This document shows positions 18,217 through 25,239 of a stretch of 64,000 nucleotides of DNA, piece by piece. The translations under genes were made by a program, and so were the position numbers. The notes beneath the pieces are model-generated. The model was not told the origin of the DNA. It made no database searches and worked only from the letters and a program-made list of their open reading frames with translations. How positions within the stretch are numbered: position 1 is the first letter of the stretch; the number at the start of each line of letters is the position of its first letter. Origin of the DNA: Anaerolineales bacterium (GTDB taxonomy: Bacteria; Chloroflexota; Anaerolineae; Anaerolineales; UBA4823). Location of the stretch: the NCBI GenBank assembly GCA_016935755.1, contig JAFGQI010000170.1, positions 5,770-69,769 on the forward strand, in the 5' to 3' direction.

Positions 18217-18270
18217 GCGCACGGCAGTACAACTGCCGTGCGCCTCTCGCCCCGCAGTGCAACTGCGGGG
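18217..18270. repeat. two adjacent related perfect hairpins (REP-like or terminator)
   Basis: GCGCACGGCAG-TACAA-CTGCCGTGCGC (11 bp) and CCCCGCAG-TGCAA-CTGCGGGG (8 bp). Both have a GCAGTRCAACTGC core. Confidence 0.5.
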
Positions 18271-18356
18271 CAAACGAGGGGATGCGTTACACGCACCCTA
18301 CTTACTATGTCGATCATAAAAATTGAATGGAGCGAAAAACATTCTAGAGGTCGAAA

Positions 18357-18638
18357 ATGGAACTTGTCGCAATAATATTTATTACTCACTTCATTGTTTA
18401 TTCGCTTTGTATGTATTCAATCCGAATCGGTATGTTAACTGCGTGGAAAGCGGCTGCAATGATGGCTGTCCTAAGTATCCTTGGAGGATATGTTTATTAC
18501 CGTCTAAGTGGCTTTGGGATTCTAGGTGCAATGTGTCTGTGGCCTATGCTATTTATCCCACTCGCAGGAAGTGCATTGGTATGGGGTAAAAATATCGAGA
18601 AAAATGCCCAGCATCGTCACCACTCTATCGCTAAATGA
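18357..18638 (+). CDS. small hydrophobic membrane protein, hypothetical
   Basis: 93-aa ORF with about 3 hydrophobic segments, located in the AT-richer stretch. No family recognised. Confidence 0.4.
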   Translation: MELVAIIFITHFIVYSLCMYSIRIGMLTAWKAAAMMAVLSILGGYVYYRLSGFGILGAMCLWPMLFIPLAGSALVWGKNIEKNAQHRHHSIAK

Positions 18639-18653
18639 TCTGGGTAAGATGCG

Positions 18654-19574
18654 ATGAGGCCGGGTATCAATCTCCTTCTTGTGTTATGCGCGCTCATTCT
18701 GCTAAGCGGCTGCAAGTCTGCGTGGCAGCAGCCTTTCCCAGATGCAGAGATTGTGTACCAGACTGGATTAATCAAGCAAAAGCAGATTGGCTTTGTAAAT
18801 GCCGATGGCACCAACGCGATTGTCCTAGAAGTTGGAGAGTATCTTAGAAAACCTGTCTGGTCATCAGAGGGTAACCTTATCTATGGGATGGCAGAGGGTT
18901 TATTGCCAAATTATAGGGATGGATCACCAGCTTACTGGTACCAAAACCGGGGGTTGAAGAAATGCAGAGTGTGGGATCTATTCTGGAGCGTGGAAGGCTC
19001 TGGAAATCAAGCCAATCCGATGGATGTTTTAATCTATGACTATAAGAAAATATTACTGGCGAACCTTGAGAATTGCATGGAAATAAAAGTGCTAGTTGAT
19101 TATATGGAGCGGAGTGAACTAGGTGTGCTTGGAGCGGCTTATCTCTGGGATGAAGAAATACTATTGTATGGGCTTGAAGAGAATAAATCTCTTGGGAAAA
19201 GAAACTATCGGGTCATAAAAATCGATCTCAAAACAAACCAAGCAGTTGATTTGGCAAACGGGATCAATCCATCCTGGTCGCCAGACGGTGCACAGGTCGC
19301 ATATTTGCAGGGCGACGGAATTTACATAATAAATGCCGATGGAACTCAAGCTCGACGGCTGGTAAGGCATACCTTTGTAGATTTATCTTTAAGATGGTTC
19401 GGCGTTTTGTCTCCTCTACCACGGTGGTCGCCGGATGGGAAGTGGCTTGTATATCATCGTTGTGAGAAGGACAGCTGTATGATAAACGATAATACAATCT
19501 ATAAGGTGGATGTATTGACTGGAACAGAAGTAAAAATCATCGATGGAGGTGCATTCCCGGATTGGAGAAGGTGA
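18654..19574 (+). CDS. lipoprotein with PD40/TolB-like beta-propeller repeats
   Basis: Lipobox LLSGC. Repeated WSPDG motifs (NPSWSPDGAQVAYLQGDGIYIINADGT and PRWSPDGKWLVYHR). Confidence 0.6.
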   Translation: MRPGINLLLVLCALILLSGCKSAWQQPFPDAEIVYQTGLIKQKQIGFVNADGTNAIVLEVGEYLRKPVWSSEGNLIYGMAEGLLPNYRDGSPAYWYQNRGLKKCRVWDLFWSVEGSGNQANPMDVLIYDYKKILLANLENCMEIKVLVDYMERSELGVLGAAYLWDEEILLYGLEENKSLGKRNYRVIKIDLKTNQAVDLANGINPSWSPDGAQVAYLQGDGIYIINADGTQARRLVRHTFVDLSLRWFGVLSPLPRWSPDGKWLVYHRCEKDSCMINDNTIYKVDVLTGTEVKIIDGGAFPDWRR

Positions 19575-19660
19575 ATAGCAGCCTGCACTGGCTGCTCAGC
19601 GATCATTTGGGCAGCACAGTCAAAATGGTGGAGGCAGGGAATAGCGCGAGGGTGGAACAA
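19574..19660 (+). pseudogene. relic of an RHS-repeat core domain
   Basis: Hand translation gives NSSLHWLLSDHLGSTVKMVEAGNSARVEQ. The xxDHLGS motif is characteristic of the start of RHS/YD core domains. There is no start codon and no continuation. Confidence 0.35.
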
Positions 19661-19681
19661 GCGCAACAAACAACGAATCAC

Positions 19682-19710
19682 TTGACATGCGTCGCAATCT
19701 GTTGTACAGT
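19682..19710 (+). promoter_or_regulatory. promoter of yefM-yoeB
   Basis: TTGACA, a 17-nt spacer, then TACAGT. GGAGG lies 5 nt before the ATG at 19738. Confidence 0.5.
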
Positions 19711-19737
19711 ATATCAGTACATGTATTGGAGGCTGTT

Positions 19738-20028
19738 ATGACCATTCAAACTACCTATACCCAGGCGCGCGCCAGCCTGGCAAAGCTGCTGAGGCAGGTT
19801 ACCCATGACCGCGACGTGGTGATCATCCAGCGCCGCGGCCAGGAGGATGTGGCTATGATCTCGGCTTCTGAGCTTTCCAGCCTGATCGAGACCGCCTACC
19901 TGCTGCGATCACCCAAGAATGCCGAGCGTTTGTTGGGAGCGTTGGCACGCGCCTTGAAAGACGATGGTGCGCCGCAAACGATTGATGAACTGCGCCAGGA
20001 GGTCGGGATTGACCAGGAAAGCGCGTGA
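19738..20028 (+). CDS. yefM: Phd/YefM-family antitoxin
   Basis: TYTQARASLAKLL..VVIIQRRGQEDVAMISASELSSLIETAYLLRSPKNAERL is close to the E. coli YefM pattern. Confidence 0.85.
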   Translation: MTIQTTYTQARASLAKLLRQVTHDRDVVIIQRRGQEDVAMISASELSSLIETAYLLRSPKNAERLLGALARALKDDGAPQTIDELRQEVGIDQESA

Positions 20029-20281
20029 AGCTGTTTTCCACCCGGAGTTCATTGAAGAAATGCGCTATTGGGTCGAAACAGACCGCAAGCTGGCCTTACG
20101 CGCCTTTGACTTGATCGAAGCGATCCTGCGTGATCCATTTCAAGGCAGCGGAAAACCAGAGCCGCTCAAGTACCTGGCGCCAGGGGTCTGGTCGCGACGG
20201 CTGACCCACGAGCACCGGATTGTGTACCTGGTGCGTGACGAGCGGATTGATTTTCTGCAGGGGCGATACCACTATGTTTGA
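20009..20281 (+). CDS. yoeB: YoeB/Txe-family mRNA interferase toxin
   Basis: YWVETDRKLALRAFDLIEAILRDPFQGSGKPEPLKYLAPGVWSRRLTHEHRIVYLV..GRYHY. A TTG start 6 nt after AGGAGG is proposed; ATG at 19985 is the alternative. It overlaps the yefM 3' end. Confidence 0.8.
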   Translation: MTRKAREAVFHPEFIEEMRYWVETDRKLALRAFDLIEAILRDPFQGSGKPEPLKYLAPGVWSRRLTHEHRIVYLVRDERIDFLQGRYHYV

Positions 20282-20302
20282 TCTCTCGTTCGTCCATATC
20301 AC

Positions 20303-20344
20303 CAAAATTGGGGCTTGACAATTTTGCAAGGGTTATGATAAACT
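20303..20344 (+). promoter_or_regulatory. promoter with overlapping operator-like palindrome
   Basis: CAAAATTG-N8-CAATTTTG (20303-20326) overlaps the -35 TTGACA (20315-20320). An 18-nt spacer leads to TAAACT (20339-20344). TTAACG recurs (twice in full, plus an abutting TAACG) at 20353-20375. Confidence 0.4.
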
Positions 20345-20393
20345 CACGATCGCTTAACGAATCCTTAACGTAACGAAAGGAAAGACGCACTTC

Positions 20394-20483
20394 ATGGTCA
20401 ACACAGTTCTTGCCAATTCTTGCGCTTGCACCCTGGTCGATAGCGGTGGTGCAGCTGTTGCCTTCTCGGAGTGCGCCTGCTGA
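20394..20483 (+). CDS. unannotated 29-codon Cys-rich small ORF
   Basis: Hand translation gives MVNTVLANSCACTLVDSGGAAVAFSECAC*. A GAAAGGAAAG purine tract lies upstream. The ORF is too short for the ORF track and is flanked by the promoter above and the terminators below. Confidence 0.45.
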   Translation: MVNTVLANSCACTLVDSGGAAVAFSECAC

Positions 20484-20513
20484 TCGGAAAGTAATTCCGG
20501 TTATGTGATTACC

Positions 20514-20550
20514 AGCCACGGGCGCCCTCCGGTCCCGTGGCTTTTTTATT
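20514..20550 (+). terminator. intrinsic terminator T1
   Basis: AGCCACGGG, an 11-nt loop, CCCGTGGCT, then TTTTTATT. Confidence 0.7.
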
Positions 20551-20573
20551 CTTGCTTGCCTATCCTCACCTGG

Positions 20574-20609
20574 CCAGCCACGGGAAAACCCTGTGGCTGG
20601 TTTTGTTTT
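20574..20609 (+). terminator. intrinsic terminator T2 (same arm sequence as T1)
   Basis: CCAGCCACGGG-AAAA-CCCTGTGGCTGG followed by TTTTGTTTT. Confidence 0.7.
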
Positions 20610-20647
20610 AGCAGCTTTTGTTTTGGATGTACGTTGTGGAGGTCGCG

Positions 20648-21517
20648 ATGTTTGCTCAAACGAATACCGCTATTCAGGTACGCGAAGCCTACAAGCAGTT
20701 CGGCAGCCCGATCCTGCCGCTCTGGCGCCGCATGCCCCGCTCAAACGGCAAGCCCAATGGCGCGCCGAACACGAACAGTCACGCCTCCTTTGTGGTGGCG
20801 GTGGATCATGTCTCGTTCAGCGTCGCCCAGGGCGAAATTTTCGGCATCCTGGGACCGAACGGCTCGGGCAAGTCCACCCTGATCCGTCTGCTGGCAACCC
20901 TGCTGCTGCCGGATGGCGGCGACATTCGCGTCTTCGGCTACGATGTCGTGCGCCAGCCGATGCAGGTGCAGCGCCTGATCAACCGCGTCTCGGTGGAAGC
21001 CAGCTTCTTCAAGAAGCTCTCGCCGATGGAGAACCTGGTCTACGGCGCACGGCTGTATGGCATGCGCGGCGCCGAGACCCGCCAGCAGGTGGTCGAAATC
21101 CTGACCCGCCTGGGCCTGGAGCAGCGCGCTATCCACAAACCAATGGAGGAAATGTCGCGCGGCATGCAGCAGAAAGTGGCCATTGCCAGAGCGCTGCTCT
21201 CGCGGCCGCGCCTGCTGCTGCTGGACGAACCCACTACCGGCCTCGATCCGCGCTCAAAGCGGGAAGTCCAGCAAGTAGTGCAGGAATTGCGCCAGGAACA
21301 CGGCACCACCATCCTGCTCACCACCCACGACATGACCGAAGCCGACCAGCTGTGCGACCGCATCGCCATCATCGAAGGCGGAAAGATTGTCGCCCTGGAC
21401 ACGCCGGACGCGCTGAAGCGCATCATCCCGCGCAACGGGCACGAACCGACCCTTGAGGACGTGTTCCTGGAACTGACCGGCAAGAAGCTGGTCAAGGAAG
21501 AAGAGACCGTTGCATAA
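20648..21517 (+). CDS. ABC transporter ATP-binding protein (ABC-2/DrrA type)
   Basis: Walker A GPNGSGKST, signature MSRGMQQK, Walker B LLLLDEPTTGLD. The ATG at 20648 lies 5 nt after GGAGG. Confidence 0.9.
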   Translation: MFAQTNTAIQVREAYKQFGSPILPLWRRMPRSNGKPNGAPNTNSHASFVVAVDHVSFSVAQGEIFGILGPNGSGKSTLIRLLATLLLPDGGDIRVFGYDVVRQPMQVQRLINRVSVEASFFKKLSPMENLVYGARLYGMRGAETRQQVVEILTRLGLEQRAIHKPMEEMSRGMQQKVAIARALLSRPRLLLLDEPTTGLDPRSKREVQQVVQELRQEHGTTILLTTHDMTEADQLCDRIAIIEGGKIVALDTPDALKRIIPRNGHEPTLEDVFLELTGKKLVKEEETVA

Positions 21518-21601
21518 CACGATCCATGGGCTGGCCTGGCAGTGAACCAACCAGGCCAGCCCGGACACACATGAAAAGATAAGGCATGAGGAGCATCAAC
21601 A

Positions 21602-22183
21602 ATGAGAATTAACGAACCACTATTATCCAGCGAGCACATCTGCCTGGCGCCGATCGACCACGAGAAGGATCCCGAGATCGAGGCCGGCTGGAGCAACGAC
21701 GCCTATTATCTGCGCATGCTCAGCTTTGACCCGGTCCGTCCGATCTCTGCGGCCCAGCAGAAGAAAAAATACGAGGCAATCGAGAAAGAACAGGAAGATG
21801 ACAAAAACCTGTTCTACTACACCATCCGCATGCGCGAAGACGACCGCCTGATCGGTTTTGCTCGCATCCAATGGATCGAGTGGTCGAACAGCACTGGATT
21901 CGTCCAGCTCGGCATCGGCGATGGAAACGCTCGCCTGAAAGGCTATGGCAGTGAAGCGCTGCGCATGCTGCTGCGTCTGGCTTTCGAAGAATATAACCTG
22001 TACCGGCTGACTGCCCTGATCGGCGAATACAACCCGGTCGCCCTGCATGTCTTTGCAAAAGCCGGCTTTGTCGAAGAAGTCCGCCGGCGCCAGGCGCTCT
22101 ACCGGGATGGCCGCCGCTGGGATCTCATCCATATGGGCATCCTGCGGCCAGAGTGGGAACAGGCGAACCGGATAGAAGCCTGA
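21602..22183 (+). CDS. GNAT N-acetyltransferase (RimJ/RimL-like)
   Basis: LIGFARIQWIEW..GIGDGNARLKGYGSEALRMLLRLAFEEYNLYRLTALIGEYNPVALHVFAKAGF. Confidence 0.85.
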   Translation: MRINEPLLSSEHICLAPIDHEKDPEIEAGWSNDAYYLRMLSFDPVRPISAAQQKKKYEAIEKEQEDDKNLFYYTIRMREDDRLIGFARIQWIEWSNSTGFVQLGIGDGNARLKGYGSEALRMLLRLAFEEYNLYRLTALIGEYNPVALHVFAKAGFVEEVRRRQALYRDGRRWDLIHMGILRPEWEQANRIEA

Positions 22184-22226
22184 TCGAGCAACGTGGGAAT
22201 TTTCGCCCACCAGAAAGGATCACCAG

Positions 22227-22787
22227 ATGATAACAGACCTGTTTCGCGGACAGCTTGTCCGCCTGACCGCCGAAGACCCGGAACTGATGGGTAAAGCGTT
22301 TTCGCGCTGGTATCGCGATACAGAATACCATCGCCTGTTGGATACCAGCCCCTCACAGCTCTGGTCAGCTAAAAAGTTCAAGGAATGGATCGAAAAGGAT
22401 TACGAGAAGGACCAGCCAAATTTTTTCCCCTTCCAGATCCACACCTTGAGCGATGACCAGCTGATCGGTTTTCTTGGGTTATTTTTGCCCACCTGGTCTC
22501 ATGGAGACTGCTGGGTAGGCATCGGGCTGGGCGAACGCGAGTATTGGGGCAAAGGCTACGGCACAGACGCCATGCGCCTGGCCCTGCGCTACGCCTTCGC
22601 CGAGCTGAACCTGCACCGCGTTACCCTGGGCGTGTTTGAATATAACCCGCGCGCCATCCGCTCCTACGAAAAAGCCGGCTTCAGGCTGGAAGGCCGCGAA
22701 CGCCAGGTGCTTCACCGGGATGGACAGCGCTGTGATATCTTGATCATGGGAATTTTGCACGAAGATTGGGACAGGATGCAGGCATGA
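22227..22787 (+). CDS. GNAT N-acetyltransferase (RimJ/RimL-like), tandem paralog A
   Basis: GIGLGEREYWGKGYGTDAMRLALRYAFAELNLHRVTLGVFEYNPRAIRSYEKAGF. Confidence 0.85.
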   Translation: MITDLFRGQLVRLTAEDPELMGKAFSRWYRDTEYHRLLDTSPSQLWSAKKFKEWIEKDYEKDQPNFFPFQIHTLSDDQLIGFLGLFLPTWSHGDCWVGIGLGEREYWGKGYGTDAMRLALRYAFAELNLHRVTLGVFEYNPRAIRSYEKAGFRLEGRERQVLHRDGQRCDILIMGILHEDWDRMQA

Positions 22788-23365
22788 ACACAGAGATGAA
22801 ATTGAGTGTTACTTTGTTCCAGGGAGAACTGGTGCGCCTGACCGCCGCCGACCCCCAGACCACCGCCGAGGCCTTCAGCCGCTGGTCGAGAGACTCGGAA
22901 TACTGGCGTCTGCTGGCCAGCGATCCCTGCCTTCCCCATTCTGTCAAGGCCATCAAACAGTGGCTGGAGAAAGACCAGGAGAAAGATCCTCTGCCCTACA
23001 CGATGTTCTTGATCCACACCCTGGAAGATGACCGCCTGATCGGGGATATCGGGCTGGAAGGCTACCTGGGCAGCCACGGCGACACCTTTGTCGGCATCGG
23101 CCTGGGAGAGCGCGAGTATTGGGGCAAGGGTTACGGCACAGACGCCATGCGCATTATCCTGCGCTACGCCTTTTTCGAGCTGAACCTGGAGCGCGTTTCC
23201 CTGGATGTGTTCGAATACAACCCGCGCGCCATCCGCTCTTACGAGAGAGCCGGCTTCAAGCATGAGGGCCGCCTGCGTGGGTATCTCAACCGGGGCGGCA
23301 AACGCTACGATCTCATCTTTATGGGCATCCTGCGCGCTGAATGGCTGGAGATATACGGTAAGTGA
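22784..23365 (+). CDS. GNAT N-acetyltransferase (RimJ/RimL-like), tandem paralog B
   Basis: GIGLGEREYWGKGYGTDAMRIILRYAFFELNLERVSLDVFEYNPRAIRSYERAGF. ATGA overlap with paralog A. Long near-identical nucleotide runs are shared with A. Confidence 0.85.
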   Translation: MNTEMKLSVTLFQGELVRLTAADPQTTAEAFSRWSRDSEYWRLLASDPCLPHSVKAIKQWLEKDQEKDPLPYTMFLIHTLEDDRLIGDIGLEGYLGSHGDTFVGIGLGEREYWGKGYGTDAMRIILRYAFFELNLERVSLDVFEYNPRAIRSYERAGFKHEGRLRGYLNRGGKRYDLIFMGILRAEWLEIYGK

Positions 23366-23434
23366 TCTGGCTTAAAAAATAAACCAGACAAACCCGCTTC
23401 ATGCTGCGGGTTGATTGAAAGGAACGAGGGTAAG

Positions 23435-24262
23435 ATGACAACGCTGGCTCACGAATTCAGGGCGACCTACGCCTTTGTCGAGCGCAACGCCAACCTGATC
23501 AAACGCTACTGGTCATGGGAACTGGTCTGGATGGCCTATTCCATCGCCAACAGCCTCTCGGTCAGCTATATCGGCCTGGGGATGGAGAAGATCGGCGGCA
23601 GCGAAAATGTAGACGGACGCTACCTGGTGCTGTATCTGGTGGTCGGCACGCTGGTCTGGCGCTACCTGTCGATGATTTTCTACTGGATCACCGATGTGAT
23701 CGGCATGGAGCGCTGGGAAGGCACGATCGAATACACCCTGATGGCGCCCATCCACCGCATCACCCATATGGCCGGGCAGACCCTGTTCGCAGTGGTCTAC
23801 AGCATGTTTTTCACCGGCATCATCCTGGCGGTGACCGTGGCGATGTTCGACATCGATTTGAGCCAGGCCAACCTGTGGGGCGGTGTGCTGATGCTCATCG
23901 CCGGCAGCCTGTCTTTCATCGGCGTTGGCATCATGGGCTCCGTCCTGCCGATGCTTTTTCCGGAGCGCGGCTCGCAGATGACGCATGTCATCATCGCTGT
24001 GCTGCTGCTGGTATCTGGCGTGTACTATCCCGTGGATGTACTGCCCAGCCTGCTGCAGAAGCTGGCTGTGGTCAGCCCGGCCACCTATGTGCTGGATGGC
24101 ACCCGCCGCGCCCTGCTGGAAGGTCTGGCAACCCGCCACCTGTGGCCCTACATCTGGCCCACGCTGTTGATGGGGCTGGTCGCCATCCCGGTTGGCCTGT
24201 GGGTGTTCGAACAGGCCGAGCGCTACGCCAAGCGCACGGGTAAACTGCACCGCAACGGGTAG
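23435..24262 (+). CDS. ABC-2 type transporter permease
   Basis: About 6 TM segments. N-terminal FVERNANLIKRYWSWELVW is typical of the ABC-2 permease family. It pairs with the ATPase at 20648. Confidence 0.85.
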   Translation: MTTLAHEFRATYAFVERNANLIKRYWSWELVWMAYSIANSLSVSYIGLGMEKIGGSENVDGRYLVLYLVVGTLVWRYLSMIFYWITDVIGMERWEGTIEYTLMAPIHRITHMAGQTLFAVVYSMFFTGIILAVTVAMFDIDLSQANLWGGVLMLIAGSLSFIGVGIMGSVLPMLFPERGSQMTHVIIAVLLLVSGVYYPVDVLPSLLQKLAVVSPATYVLDGTRRALLEGLATRHLWPYIWPTLLMGLVAIPVGLWVFEQAERYAKRTGKLHRNG

Positions 24263-24277
24263 AAAACGAGTCCAGAG

Positions 24278-25204
24278 ATGAACCAACCCCGCCCATACCA
24301 GAACGGCCAGGATTTCAAGCGCATGAAAGCTTTGCTGGTAGAAGGCCGCAAAGCTGCCAATGGCACCTATTACGTCCACCCCGGCGACCTGAGCTGGTGG
24401 TTGTTTTACAACCTGCCGGAGGACGATCTATGGGCCAACATCTACCTGTGGGAAGATCAGCGCCAGGGCAGCGAGCTGCTCGGTTGGACGCTGTTCAGCC
24501 CGAAATGGTCCAGCTTCGATGTCTTCTTTTACCCAAGCCTCAGAAACAGCGGCCTGGTGGAGCATATGTTCACCTGGAGCATGGAACGCGCCCAGCAGAT
24601 GGCCCGGCAGGCAGGCAAAGCGCGCATCGCCACCGTGTGGATATCGGAAAAAGATACCCGCCTCAGCGGTCTCTTAGGGCGCTGCGGCTGCCTGCCCAGC
24701 CCAGAAGGCCTGCTCTATCTGACCCGCTCTCTGGAAGGCCCGCTGCCCGAAAGCGCGCTTCCTGCAGGCTTTCAGGTGCGCTCAGTAAAAGATGAAAGCG
24801 AGGCGGGGATGCGCGCGGCGGCTTCCTATGCCGCTTTCGAATCAACAATGCCCTTCGAAACGTACCAGCAGCGCTACCTGCGCTTCATGCGCTCCCCGGT
24901 TTATCGCTCAGAGAATGACCTCATCATCACGGCCCCAGACGGGCAGGGCGCGGCTTTCTGCATCCTCTGGCTGGATTCCACCAACCAGGTGGGGCTGTTT
25001 GAACCGGTTGGCGCCCACCCCGCTCACCAGCGGAAGGGCCTGGGCAAAGCCGTTATGCTGGAAGGGCTCAGGCGTATGCAAACCCAGGGGATAAAGACCG
25101 CCATGGTCTGCGTGGAGCAGGATAATCTGCCCGCCCAGCGGCTGTACCTGTCCTGCGGTTTCAAGATCACGGACCGCCTAATCACATATGAAAAGAATCT
25201 ATAA
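24278..25204 (+). CDS. two-domain GNAT-family acetyltransferase
   Basis: C-terminal GNAT motif A VGAHPAHQRKGLGKAVMLEGLRRM. The 308-aa length implies a degenerate N-terminal GNAT-like half. Confidence 0.7.
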   Translation: MNQPRPYQNGQDFKRMKALLVEGRKAANGTYYVHPGDLSWWLFYNLPEDDLWANIYLWEDQRQGSELLGWTLFSPKWSSFDVFFYPSLRNSGLVEHMFTWSMERAQQMARQAGKARIATVWISEKDTRLSGLLGRCGCLPSPEGLLYLTRSLEGPLPESALPAGFQVRSVKDESEAGMRAAASYAAFESTMPFETYQQRYLRFMRSPVYRSENDLIITAPDGQGAAFCILWLDSTNQVGLFEPVGAHPAHQRKGLGKAVMLEGLRRMQTQGIKTAMVCVEQDNLPAQRLYLSCGFKITDRLITYEKNL

Positions 25205-25239
25205 GTCACGCTTTGGCGTGTGAAAGAAGAGAAAATACA

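Noticed and set aside
20439-20456. SGG in the 29-aa peptide as a double-glycine leader cleavage site.
   Set aside because: The upstream residues do not fit the LSxxELxxIxGG consensus, and the adjacent ABC ATPase/permease has no C39 peptidase domain.
20166-20519. The 117-aa minus-strand ORF spanning the yoeB 3' end and the small-ORF region.
   Set aside because: It overlaps yoeB antisense, has no RBS or family signal, and the region is better explained by the plus-strand promoter, small ORF and terminator unit.
23513-24379. Long opposite-strand or off-frame ORFs overlapping confident genes. Examples: 23513..24379(-), 23515..24243(+), 21040..21696(-), 2926..3792(+), 37839..38531(+), 38679..39515(+), 55841..56797(+), 61383..62147(+), 27568..28290(-), 44289..45005(-).
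   Set aside because: They are typical GC-rich shadow ORFs. Their sequences are Arg/Ala/Gly/Pro-rich and low-complexity, and they have no recognisable motifs or RBS. Each fully overlaps a gene with strong family signatures.
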